A stretch of DNA of 64,000 nt from Trichoplax sp. H2 (lineage: Eukaryota): assembly GCA_003344405.1 (NCBI GenBank), contig NOWV01000178.1, forward strand, positions 62,001-126,000, read 5' to 3'. The position numbers and the translations under genes were made by a program. The number at the start of each line of letters is the position of its first letter. Position 1 is the first letter of the stretch. The notes beneath the pieces were generated by a model. That model saw only the letters and a list, made by a program, of their open reading frames with translations. It was not told the DNA's origin and made no database searches. This document shows, piece after piece, positions 1 through 12,603 of this stretch.

Positions 1-1030
1 ATACAATTTAAAGTCCAATTCGGTTGCATTTGAAGCTTATCAGGTTTGACTATTCAATTCAACTGGATTATCTAATTGGATATCTGTCCTATTTTAACTC
101 TATTCTAGTCAATAAGAAATCCGTTGTGGTTAATAATTCTGGATGATGATCAAAATCAGATGGATACTGCTATGGTCATTCTTTGTCCAATTGTGTTGGA
201 CTATCATGCTACACTATGACTATTCATGGTAGCACGCTGATCCTCTTGTTGGTGAATGTATACCAATCAGACCTTGCTATACTTCGCATCTGTGATCATT
301 GTACCGTATTCCAGATCCAATTTAAAGTAAAATTCGGTCGTATTGGAAACTAATCAAGTCTGCCAATTGCACTAGCTATGACACATGAAATGAGTTAGCA
401 ATTTACTATAATCGATTGCACACTAAAAAAAAAAGAAGACGTTCGATTTCATCACCTTTTGAAAGCTAGATGTTGTCAGTACGCTTCAATGGCTTATCTC
501 ATTCAGTATGTGGGCTCTTATGATGCATTTTACTCTATTCCAGTTCGTAATCGATTGGTGATGGTTATTTTCCTACTTGTAAGCTAGCCATGGTGAATTA
601 TCGACAATACAACCCAGTGGATACTGCTGTTCCTTTCTCATCGTGTGTGTGTGTGTGGTATCATTTATATCATTATCCAGCTAGGATGGGAATGTATTGA
701 TGGACTGTAAGCAATGATTCTATCGTATTTTAGCTGTCATTGAAAGTGGAATTGGGTTGTATTTTAAGCTTATCTAGTCTCTCTCTATTCCATTCAACTG
801 TATGTCGATGACATTGGTTAGCAAGATGCTTGTATCTCATTTGTATTTTATACACAAGTTAAGGATACCTCTACGCAAATTTCATCACCTTTTGAAAGAT
901 TGTTCTTGTCAATAGGGTAGGAATCAGTGATCGTGTTGGATATCTTGGAGACTTTTATTCTGTTGCAGTCCGTAAGAAGTTGGTGGTAGTTACTTTCCTA
1001 CTTGTAAAGCTAACAATCGTGGGCAATCAT
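1..1030. repeat. Degenerate local duplications (roughly 300-430 bp spacing)
   Basis: Shared words recur: ATTTCATCACCTTTTGAAAG at ~447 and ~879; TTTCCTACTTGTAA at ~569 and ~994; AATTTAAAGT..AATTCGGT at ~5 and ~319, with a weaker copy near ~740. Confidence 0.6.
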
Positions 1031-1428
1031 GCAGTCTACTGCGATGCTGCTATGGTATTTCTTGCTCCAGTTGTATTTAGATTGGCTATCCTGCAATGCA
1101 AATGATGTCAGACTGCCCACGATGACTACCGTATGGTGTGCTATCGTATTACTGGTCGTGGACTGTATGTCCACGACAAGATAGTCATCCTTACAAGCCA
1201 TGATGAGCACTTGGATCATGGTAGAAGCATGATCCAATTTCCAATCTGTCAATGCTATTAAACAAAATAGCATGGAAGAAGGAGAGAATGAAGATGGCTT
1301 TCTATTCCATCTCCAGTCATTAGCATGCCAACCTGGCCTCGACCATGTTTGTAAACGCAATTCTCATCCCCTACACTACCTCCCTACGACATCCAACAAG
1401 ATAAACAAGCCATCTACCACCTACTTAC

Positions 1429-1455
1429 CGTAGTTAAGGCACTCTCATCAGTCAT
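1429..1455 (-). CDS. Candidate first coding exon (MTDESALTT) of an unidentified minus-strand gene running toward the window start
   Basis: AAAATG start context at 1455, followed after 9 codons by a consensus donor ACG|GTAAGT. Possible small downstream exons near 1200-1370 can be joined but give no recognisable protein. Confidence 0.25.
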
Positions 1456-1760
1456 TTTGTCCTTCGATTGGTAATAGCAGCAAAGAACGAATAGTTAGGT
1501 AGTCTGCAAACTTTTGATTGATTGATTTATTTTGCTAGCAAACAAGAGCTGACGACGATGGCTGCCCAACCAGCGAGTGGCGCGTGACCCAGGTTGGCCG
1601 ATGGTGTGATGGAATGACCCCTACGACGTGATACTGACTTGAAGCGTATGCAAATGACGCCTGGGCGTCATGCGTATATGTGACGTCGCATCATGAACGG
1701 AGCGTGGTGCTCACGTACTCCCCGTCGATCCTTTCTCTGCCTTGTCCAAGGCCATTTTCC

Positions 1761-3160
1761 TACTACAGTATGCTGACCAGGGTAGTGTTTGCGTACTCTA
1801 GCAGGGTACAGTCGGCCAACTTCGCAGTAGGGGGGCGTTGACAATTGAGGCAATTTGGTCGTTGGCAGTTGTACGGAAGGAAGTACGGATGGATGAGCGT
1901 TGCTACTGTAAAAAAAACTCGCTACTACAGTATACTGCCCAGGGTAGTGTTAGCGTACTCTAGCAGAGTTACACTCGGCCAACTTCGCAGTAGGGGGGCG
2001 TTGACAATTGAGGCAATTTGCTCGTTGGCAGTTGTACGGAAGGAAGTCCGGATGGATGAGCGTCGCTGCTGCAAANNNNNNNNNNNNNNNNNNNNNNNNN
2101 NNNNNNNNNNNNNNNNNNNNNNNNNATTCCAATATTAACGAGTGAGAATTCATGCTTTGCAAGTTACATTAATTAGTATAATACCATTACTAAATATACA
2201 TGTCGATATCCTCAGACTTAGATAGCTACAAGCTATCAAGTGTTAAGACGCTTAACCTTCGTCCATATACAGCTCAATTTTTAGAGATTAACACAACTTA
2301 TAAACCTACAGTAAATTAACTGCCAACAACTTCTATTTTTATCTCATTTCTACCATCCTATTATCAGCTACAAGCGCATTAAAACATAGCACATAACCTT
2401 ATCTTATCTATTCATAAGCATTCATTANNNNNNNNNNNNNNNNNNNNGTTGGCAGTTGTACGGAAGGAAGTCCGGATGGATGAGCGTCGCTGCTGCAAAA
2501 GAAATCGTTACTACAGTATACTCTTCAATGTAGTGTTAGCGTACTCTAGCAGAGTTACACTCGGCCAACTTAGCAATAGGGGCGTTGACAATTGAGGGTA
2601 TTTGGTCGTTGGTAGTTGTACGGAAGGAAGTCCGGATGGATGAGCGTTGCTGCTGCAAAAGAAATCGTTAATACAGTATATTACTCAGGGTAGCGTTTGC
2701 GTACCATAGTAGAGTTACACTCGGCCAACTTAGCAATAGGGGGCGTTGACAATTGAGGGTATTTGGTCGTTGGTAGTTGTACGGAAGGAAGTCCGGATGG
2801 ATGAGCGTTGCTGCTGCAAAAGAAATCGTTAATACAGTATATTACTCAGGGTAGCATTTGCGTACCATAGTAGGGTTACACTCGGCCAACTTCGCAGTAG
2901 GGGGGCGTTGACAATTGAGGTTATTTGCTCGTGGGCAGTTGTACGGAAGGAAGTCCGGATGGATGAGCGTCGCTGCTGCAAAAGAAATCGTTACTACAGT
3001 ATACTCTTCAATGGAGTGTTAGCGTACTCTAGCAGAGTTACACTCGGCCAACTTAGCAATAGGGGGGGGCGTTGACAATTGAGGCAATTTGCTCGTTGGC
3101 AGTTGTACGGAAGGAAGTCCGGATGGATGAGCGTTGCTGCTGCAAAAAAACTCGCTATTG
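1761..3160. repeat. ~160-bp tandem satellite (about 6 visible copies, interrupted by two assembly gaps)
   Basis: Unit TACTACAGTA...GTACTCTAGCAG...CGGCCAACTT...GGGGCGTTGACAATTGAGG...GTACGGAAGGAAGTCCGGATGGATGAGCG starts at ~1761, 1923, 2509, 2669, 2830 and 2992; copies are near-identical. Confidence 0.95.
2076..2447. other. Two assembly gaps (2076-2125, 2428-2447) enclosing an unrelated ~300-bp AT-rich island
   Basis: N runs seen directly; 2126-2427 does not match the flanking satellite. Confidence 0.9.
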
Positions 3161-5687
3161 CATTTACTCTAAAAGTTTAGCTGGAATGGATTTCAATTTG
3201 AAAGGATATTTCTATTGATTTTCGTGGATCTATCCACTTTGTTTGTAGGATGCATAGTGCATCGATAGAGTGATGGGATAAAGAGACTGCCATGGTGCAA
3301 TGGAGCTGCATGAATGTTTTGGACGTAGTAGGGTAGGGTATTGAGACGAATGAAGGAAGATACCGCCATACAGGAATGCGAGTATGGAAGGTAGACGGGA
3401 CTTGCAGTGATAAACTGCAAGGGATTGGAATAAATTGCACTTGGTTTACTGTATCGTCTTTGCATTAATTGCATAGTGTATCCTTTATTCGCTATAGGTC
3501 TAGCAGAGTGAAAAGTGGGCTAAAGTGAACAAGCTGACATAGGACAGTGGAGCTTAATGGATGTTTTTAACGTAGTCTGTAATGTGTTGGGCAATAATAA
3601 GTTAGCTGAAGATTGAAGAGGATGATTGAAGGTGACAATCAAGTATTCGAGAAATAGACTCAGCTTATTTGAAGAAGTACTAGCAAGCATGAGAATAGTG
3701 CAAGCTAGTTGGTTACAGGCTAGAAGGATTAGCTTTACCAGGTGCATGGATATACGGGAAATACGAGCATAGTATAGATTTGCTGCATCTGCAGAAGTAG
3801 GAAAGTCGTTATGCGACGAGAAGAATATGCAAATAAAAGTAGTTGGCGGTATTATAGGGTACAATATCGTGGGTTAGAGTATTGAGAATTATAATTAATT
3901 CTTCAATGACTGTTTACACTAGCCAAATAAAGCCACCTTCTGAGTGGTCATTTTGGCTAGTTCTCCATTGGACCGCGATGGTATTACACCCTCTCCCAAC
4001 CAAATTAGCTTTTACTTGATGCACATATTTATTAACATATATATCTACATTATACGACGACGATGGAAGATGCAGAAAGTAGTATGGAAGGCAAGACCAG
4101 ACGACTAGCATTGAACTGCGATGAATTCCAATCAATTGTATTGGTTATACTGTATCCACTGTGGCATCGATTTCATCGGTAGTGGACAGCTCAATGGATG
4201 TTGTTGACGTAGGCAGGACATGATGAAAGATGTTACTGCAGATTCAAATCCTTCTACTAGTCGCATTTATTTCCTGTAAACTGTCAAGCAGCAAAAACTT
4301 GAAACTTGGACTCAGTTGGTCGAACTTGATTGTAGGCTAGAGAAGTAGAATAGGAAAAGGGAGGAGTATTGACTCTCATTCAATAAATAGACATCTGGAA
4401 TAGCATTTTCTGATTGTAAATAGACAAACATTGGCTTTAGCGGCAATAAAATAAAAGCCATTTGGGCTATGGATTATAGAGAGGACAAAGTTGTCGATAT
4501 AAGGAGGTAAAACCATCATCACTTTGATTTTTATGCAGCGACAGTGTACTTTCAACTGATGATGCATAAAATGAAATGGTAGCAATTGAATCGAGTGCAA
4601 TAACGAGATCTTGTATGAATGCAAGCTATCCATCTTTCCCACTCGATGCCCTACTTCATTGTGCAATTCATAGTCCTGCTAAGACTAATAGCTAAGGCGA
4701 ATCTGTTGGATACTACATAACGGCAAAGCTGGAGTAAAGTGTCATTTTGCTTGCTTACAGTTAGCTAACCAAACAGATTTTTCAGTCTCAACCGGAGTGA
4801 TATAGTGCAGAAATACATCATCGTTGTCATTCATTCCAGTTAGTCCTGCTACCTACCAAAATCATTTTCGTTGGCTAAATTCCACTGGATATGTATCAAG
4901 TATAAATGCTACCATCCTTTCTTTTAATAGTCCCTGATGCAAAGTGCATTAGTGGGGTAAGAGGTTCAATGATGCATCGATCCCAGAGATGATCATGATA
5001 GCATTGAGTGTTTAACAAATCTTGATTGCGATCGACGGTGCACCATAGGCTTTCACATCGTAAAATCTTATTTTAAAAATGGGTGAAAGACGCTCTTAAA
5101 CTCATTAAAGTCATTTTAAAATACATATTCTCCCATGATTCTAAGGATCGTCTACACAATAAATGGCGATCGTTGCCCCACTGTGCAGCAGCGTTTACAG
5201 TCGAGATGAAGATGGAAGTGGTTGCAGGATAGCTGTTGAGAATATAATTATATATATATATAATCAAGGAATGAATGACAGCCTTTGAATAGTTGCAACA
5301 AAGTCTATAGAACGGGTTGTATTGGCAAAATGACGGCAGCTAAGCCCAAGGATTTTTTTAAGAAGAGAATTTCCTTTTATTACAAGTCTCTGCCATTGAT
5401 TTATAACCAAAAAAATGCTAATGTCCAGTCATGGACTACCAGAAACATGGACGACAGGGGTGGACAGAAGAATTGTCGTCAATTCTCTCCAACTGCAACA
5501 CCATCTATATAGACATGAAGGATAGTTTCTACGTTCTTGAGCGACTAAATTTTGCCCAGCAATACAGCCAAGAAAGAGTTTTTGCATAAAAGAAAGCCCC
5601 ATTATGGCCGATGAACTCTAGTATTGGCACTACAATATTTTACGTCCAGACTGCTGGCTTTCCGGCTAGACGACAGTGTAGCCTAGA

Positions 5688-8600
5688 ATGCTCGCTCCTT
5701 CCCTCAAGTCTTGCTTGCGCTTTCGTCAATCCGTCTTGATTGCTACTCCGTTGCATAATATTCTTGTCAGAACGATGGTAACTACACGTTGTTATCCTAA
5801 CACGATAGCCTATTCTATAACTTGTAGAAATAATTGATGTAGTTTTTGTTGTCTTATTTCAATATGATCACGACTGTCTAATGTGTCTATAGAGCTATCG
5901 TAGTGAAAGAGATACATTTGGTACCATCGATGTGCCTGCCGATAAATATTATGGTGCTCAAACAGCTCGATCTCTTCAAAATTTCCCTATTGGTGGTGAA
6001 ACAGAACGCATGCCGGTAAGATGATGTCTCACTACTATTACTTTCAAGAGGAGTTGCTTAAGATGGAAATCGATCACAGATCATGGTAGAATAATGTCGT
6101 CAACAAACGCGTAGAGGGATGTCTAAACATCCAACGGACAAACTAATACAGCAGAGTAGTAATAGGTCGTAAGAATCATCATTATTAGGGACACTCTTTC
6201 TCTTTAACAAGCATTGCTCAAGATCTTCAAAATCCTCGATAGATTGTGATAGAATAATGTTGTCTACCTAATCGACATGGCTAGTACTAGATGGACTGAC
6301 TGTACTTGTAGTCATTTGGACTCTGTCCACGAAGAATAGTATTAGCTTAAAATCTTTCAAAACCGTCGTTGACTGGATCAACACCAAGACGACGCCATAG
6401 TCAGTGCTATAGATACAATCCTAGCAAGGAATCATCATCAATTGAACTCTCTACCTCGAGCATCACTGGCTGTAAATCTTAAAATCAATCATCGATCTTG
6501 TTATTATGAAATCAACATGCAGTACTGTCTGTAATTATACCCTCGTCTCTTCTACAGTAAGATATAACATACATTCGTACCGACATTTGCTTGCGTTGTC
6601 GTGGATTTCTCGAGCTTAGTCATGACTGTAGCTACATCAGCAATCAATCCTTTAGACACTGCAGTAGGGTACATTCAATCAGCATTGACTTAAAATTATC
6701 CAAAGACATCGCTGACGTTGTTAATGTAAAGACAAGGCCATATACATTTATGCAGATAGGTGATATCTTTGCACACAGGACACGTATAGATGTGTTCGAT
6801 CAACTGTGCAGTGTTCTAGCAAGGAATAATCATCATTTGGACTCTCCACTTGTACTATAACTTGCTTAAAATCAATCATCTACCTTGTTACCATGAAGTC
6901 AACATACTGTAACTATACGCTTTGATAAAGTGCAGTATCATCAATTACTCAATTCGAGGAATCTAGGACAACGTAAGGAAATGTCGGAACTTACATCAGC
7001 AATCAATCGTTTAGACACTGCAATATTATCGATTCAATCAACGTTGGTTTAAAAGTTGTCGAAAGCCATCATTGATTTTGTTAGCGTAAAGCCAAGGCAA
7101 TATACAGTAATACAAATATGTGCTCAAATAACTTTACAGTGTACTAGTAAGGAATGATTATCATTTGATTTCTTTCTACCTGGATGATCACTTGCTTAAA
7201 ATCTTAAAATCAATCTGTTGCCTTATTACCATGGAATCAACGTACTATAATTACGATACACATTTGCATAGTATAGTATCATCAATTAAAAATTATTAGA
7301 TACAAGTAATAAACTCCAGGAACCCGTGAAAACGTAAAGCCAACGTCAGTACTTACACCAGCAATCAATCATTTCAAATCTATTATATTGTAGATTCAAA
7401 TCATTCGAGCATTTGGATACTTGAAAACCGCTGCTGCTGAAGCCAATCGTGAATATGGCTTAGATGGTAAACTAGCTGATGCTATTATTCAGGCTGCTCA
7501 AGAAGTAAACTATCCGTAAAATATCATTCTCTCAATAATACGGGAAATATCTAGAGGTGAAAGCCTTGTCTTCCATATTATTGTAGGTATCACAGGGAAA
7601 ACTGGATAATCACTTTCCTTTAGTCACTTGGCAAACAGGATCTGGCACTCAAACCAATATGAATGTCAACGAAGTCATCAGCAATAGAGCGATCGAATTA
7701 CTAGGTGGAAAATTGGGCAGCAAAACTCCAATTCATCCAAATGATCATGTTAACAAAAGTCAGGTAATAAGAATCATTTAATCCGCTATATACCAGTAAT
7801 ATCATTCAAGAATAACAATTTGAAACAGTACCTCATGATTTTATGATAGTATACCACTGTAAGACGTGTGCGTGTATATCAACCAATGATGCCGTAGTGA
7901 TTATTGAATATCTATCTAGCAATCGTTCAAAATATTCTTGGAGAATTATTTATGACTAGCAATGATGCTGTTGTAACTCTATAAAAGTTTTCAATTGTTA
8001 TGCATGCGTGCATTCTTAATAATGTAAAGTTACTCTCCGCTACTTGTAGAGTTCCAATGATACTTTCCCCACTGCAATGCATATCGCTGTAGCTAAAGAA
8101 GTACATGATTCGCTATTGCCTGGAGTAGAGAAATTACTGGCGAGTATTACTAGTAAACGTGAAGAATTTAAGTCAATCATCAAAGTGGGAAGAACTCATG
8201 CACAGGTAATAAAATCGATCGTAATACTATAATAGTCAATACACAGATATTAAGCAATAGTTTTAAAACCCAACCACCTTTAGTAAAATAACACCTTGCG
8301 CTATGTAGCTGTATTGACTTATCTATCCATGACATCTAATGGCAATAGTTCATAAATAGTCTTGTAACTGCTGATACAACGGAATTAAAATTAACTGATA
8401 CTTGCTAACATAAAATTACTATTATAATAGGATGCAACACCTTTAACTTTAGGTCAGGTCTTTAGTGGTTATGAAACTCAACTCAAGAATGGCATCGCAA
8501 GGATAAAATCTACTCTACCACGCCTATATGAGCTAGCCATTGGAGGAACTGCAGTTGGAACCGGTCTCAATACTTATGAAGGATTTGCTGAAAAAGTTAC

Positions 8601-9261
8601 CAGCAAGGTTGCTCAACTGACTAGCATTCCATTCAAAACTGCTACCAATAAATTTGAAGCTATGGCTGCTCATGATGCTCTCGTTGAAGTTCATGGATCT
8701 ATGAATGTTGTCGCTTGCAGTGTCATGAAAATAGCCAACGATATTCGTTTCTTGGCTTCTGGACCACGATGTGGTATCGGAGAGTTAATTATTCCAGCGA
8801 ACGAACCTGGCAGCAGTATCATGCCTGGCAAAGTCAATCCAACTCAATGCGAAGCGATAACTATGGTGGCCGCACAAGTAATGGGAAATCATACAGCCGT
8901 AACTATTGGTGGTAGCAACGGACATTTTGAATTGAATGTTTTTAAACCCATGATGGTGCGTAATGTACTGCATTCAGCTCGAATACTTGGCGATGCTTGT
9001 GCATGTTTCTCTACCAATTGTGTTGAGGGCATTCAAGCTAATCACGAAAGAATTAAAGACCTCCTTGATAAGTCACTCATGCTTGTCACTGCATTAAATA
9101 CGCATATTGGATACGACAAAGCATCTGAAATTGCCAAGAAAGCTTTTGCAGATGGTACAACATTAAAAGAGGCTGCGATAAGCCTAGGTCATTTGACGGA
9201 TGAACAGTTTGACGCATGGGTTAATCCAGAAAAGATGATTGGTCCAACCAAATATGCTTAA
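5688..9261 (+). CDS. FH: Fumarate hydratase (class II fumarase), ~495 aa; exons 5688-5777, 5893-6015, 7394-7504, 7587-7763, 8050-8205, 8431-9261
   Basis: Spliced translation: [14 protein letters not shown]...[13 protein letters not shown]...KYYGAQT...|...[21 protein letters not shown]...[21 protein letters not shown]...[15 protein letters not shown]...[15 protein letters not shown] (fumarate lyase signature). All introns GT-AG and in phase; AATAAA at ~9360. Confidence 0.97.
6160..7393. repeat. Degenerate tandem repeat (~250-390 bp spacing, 3-4 copies) filling fumarase intron 2
   Basis: TACA(T/C)CAGCAATCAATC at ~6633, ~6992 and ~7354; CTAG(C/T)AAGGAAT..TCA..TG...AAAATCAATC at ~6421, ~6816 and ~7144. 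Confidence 0.75.
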
Positions 9262-12200
9262 TATTATAAGTAACAATTTCCTTCAACACAATTTGCAATA
9301 TCGTATTTTGTCGTAAGTGTGATACAAGCCAAATAGTACAGTAGTTTTAATGGAAGGTCAATAAATAGCCTACTCCCCTTACATCATTATACCTGTAAAT
9401 AGGATAATACACGTAAATGAACTATGATATTTTATTCAAATTATTTTTGGTTATTCATATCGATGCTCAATTTGTTGAAGCAGATTATTTGTCAATGCAA
9501 TTTTGAATGAGAAGCTAATATTTTGGAATAACACTTGCTTGTAAATTTATCTATGTTTGAAAGTGAAATCGCAGCAGTTACATCAGTACATAGAAGATGT
9601 TGTATAATGTAGAGCTGATCATTTACTATTATGAGCTTTTATTGCTGTAATTGGTTACACCTTCGTTGAGGCATGGTATGCTATAGTCTATTCCTATGTA
9701 TTCTTTCCATTTGCTACAATTATAATAATAAAGGTATGCTTGGATGGCACAACATTATCCCATATCACTACAATTTTGTACCAAGAAATTTCTGCCATCC
9801 ATTCAAAAATCTGCGACTCTAATAGCACTCTAATTTAACTCCACATGCCTTAAGAATATCCTCCCTAGTCTCGTTTTGACAATACACAATTATTCGTTAT
9901 CTACGCGTTTCTAGCTAAATTATGATTAAATTTAATATCGGTATTGTTATTTACTCAAAACAAGTATGATAGACGTACAACAATGAGATTGTTATCGAAA
10001 AATATTGAGGGACATTAATGATATTAGAAAGCGACGGTGCTAGATTAGGGAATGAAATAGTTAGAATGAACAAATCTCTTCGATGCTATGATATAATCTG
10101 AAGTTATTTTCTAGGTCATCCATTGGATACAATATATCTAAATTCACATAAGTAGGTACATAAGATACCTAGCAAAGCTTATTGCACACTTGCAATGGCA
10201 TTGAACTTGATATTAATTATTTTGCACTTCCTAAAACTTATGTGAGCAATTTATTGACATTAAACATATGGAAAGGGCATTCAGTTATTTCTGGCAACGA
10301 TAATATCCATTCTTTAGCGCGATTTCAATTTCCTGCTCTTTAAAACCTATGGAAATTTTAATAAATATATTTTTGGTCTCTCCACATTTTTAAAAAATGC
10401 CATTTCCTAGCGGGATCATTCCTACGTCTAATTATCACTGCATTGATTTGTAACCAATGCAGGCGGCCTGCCAAACTGCATTTTTAAATTTTATATTATT
10501 CCTCAATATTATTAGCTTAGCTTTTCAATAGATTTCTTTTTCATCCAATTATCGCTGGTGAGTTGGATTGTGTTGACATATTTATACGGTGTTTGAAAAT
10601 ATAAATAAATTAAATATGCAAATGTATTCTTAACAAGAGCAAGCGTACGCTAGATCAGACACGAATGCACTCTAGGCATATTTGCTCCGTCCATCTCTAA
10701 CAAAAGTCGACTCTGATGACAGATATTAAGTTGATTCTAAGAGCTTTGTCCAGTGTCTTACTTGCTGAAGCTAAAACTAGGCAAAACACATAAACCATAT
10801 TTACAATATTCTCAAATCGCCATATTTTCCTGACCATCCCCACTTCAACACCATTGATCACACAGGTTGGATTAAAAATTTTGAATCATGCTGATCGGTC
10901 AATCTGCATAGAAGGAAGGACGCTAATATATACGTAGAAGCAATTCCTACTTTGAAATTCTTTTTCGTCAGCGATATCGAGTCTAGATTATTATCTGATA
11001 GCATTCACAATATCGGGAGAGAGGTAAAGTATATTCATTCGGTAACAATCTATAAATCACCACGCAGCTTATGTTGAAATAGTTTAGATCTATCGAACAT
11101 ATTTACCTTGATCTAAATTGCTAAAAATTCCGATGGAATACATATTTCATCCCCATTAACTTTATTAGCATTTATCCATCGTTTCGGAAGGCAGCATCAA
11201 TCTTTGTGGTAATAAATTTAAATGTGTTTAGTTGTATTAGTTAGCCCATCAGCATTCTTTGCATATTTAAAGCTTGATGGCCATGTTTTATGGCAACACA
11301 TATATCACGTTATTTCTAGTGAAGTTGGTGATAGGATTAATGCGGATGTAATATTAATAGTGTGCAGATACATCTACAGCAGATAGTTCATGTGCATTGA
11401 TATTACAGATTACTATATATCAGTCAAGAAAATGACGAGTAATGTTTACACTGATATATTGGAATAATTTCGGTTGTTTTAGTACATATATCGATATTTT
11501 ATATCGCTCTCCAAGCTTGATATCTACTACTTTGCATGGCTAGAAGACTGCATATACAAGAGGTTTTTAGCCATCATTTATAGTCATTGATAATCCCTGT
11601 AGTAAGAAATAACAGTTGCTTAATCGCTGTCATTTTTATAACGATAAATCTAGACGAATACCCTACTTCAGAATATAAATTATCATATATACCCGTATAT
11701 TATGGCTAAGATGAACAAATAGTTAGCCCTTAATTAATTGCCTTACTGATGACAACGTGTAAGATTCTTTATTTCATAAAATAAAATCGATCATTATCCA
11801 AAGTTCTCCATTACGATTTTAAAGTAATATGAATTCACATTTGATTATTTACAAGCAAGAGAGATTGTAAAAGATTCCCATTTTACGTTCGATATTGGCC
11901 TGTAATTTTTCTATTCGTTTTTGCACATATCCATATCTTCTCTCCGTGTATGCAAGAAGTCATATGCCGGTATTTAAATTCTCTCTTCTATTCACACTAG
12001 AATTCAATTATCGTCCAAGAGAGTCTAGAATATTGACTGGAAGATAGTTGACTATTTTCTTTCTATATGGTTATGCTCATGTCATTTGATACTGTTGCAT
12101 GCCTAAGTGAATGCATTCAATGTGTGCAATGGTGAAGACTAAATGCTCAATGATTGTAATTTGATCAATTCATATACTGTATCAAGAATCTTTTACTCGT

Positions 12201-12603
12201 ATGCTTTCTTTCTTTCTAATATCTATTTCTAAGTCTCACTAGAATAAATCTAGTTGCTATTAGTATTCGCAAAGTTATTGATGGGAAGTAAGCTTTGCTG
12301 TGTTATTCAGTACTCCAGAGTGAAGAATATATATAGCTAATGGTATTTCTTCGCTCATGCTAACGTTATATCCATAATTATCTAGCCTTGCTAACTAGCT
12401 CACTATGCAACTTTTAGAACTATTCGTATCCTGTCCCTACTTTATATCAAATTACTGATCTATTTAAAGGAATGATAAACTAAAGTATTTACCTGATTTC
12501 CATTGGTATGCATAGTGTATTCTCATCATTACATCGATCAATCTCTACTGGAATTTGTATCAGCCGTATTTAATATCAAAATTTAATTTTATTCATTTAG
12601 ATC

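Noticed and set aside
1761-3160. Regularly spaced repeats as a CRISPR array or bacterial promoters (TTGACA)
   Set aside because: The whole 160-bp unit repeats with no unique spacers, no cas genes are present, and the context is spliceosomal-intron eukaryotic DNA.
3177-5512. Short ORFs of 64-114 aa upstream of fumarase
   Set aside because: No recognisable motifs, no consistent splice-phase chain, and several non-ATG starts; compatible with chance ORFs.
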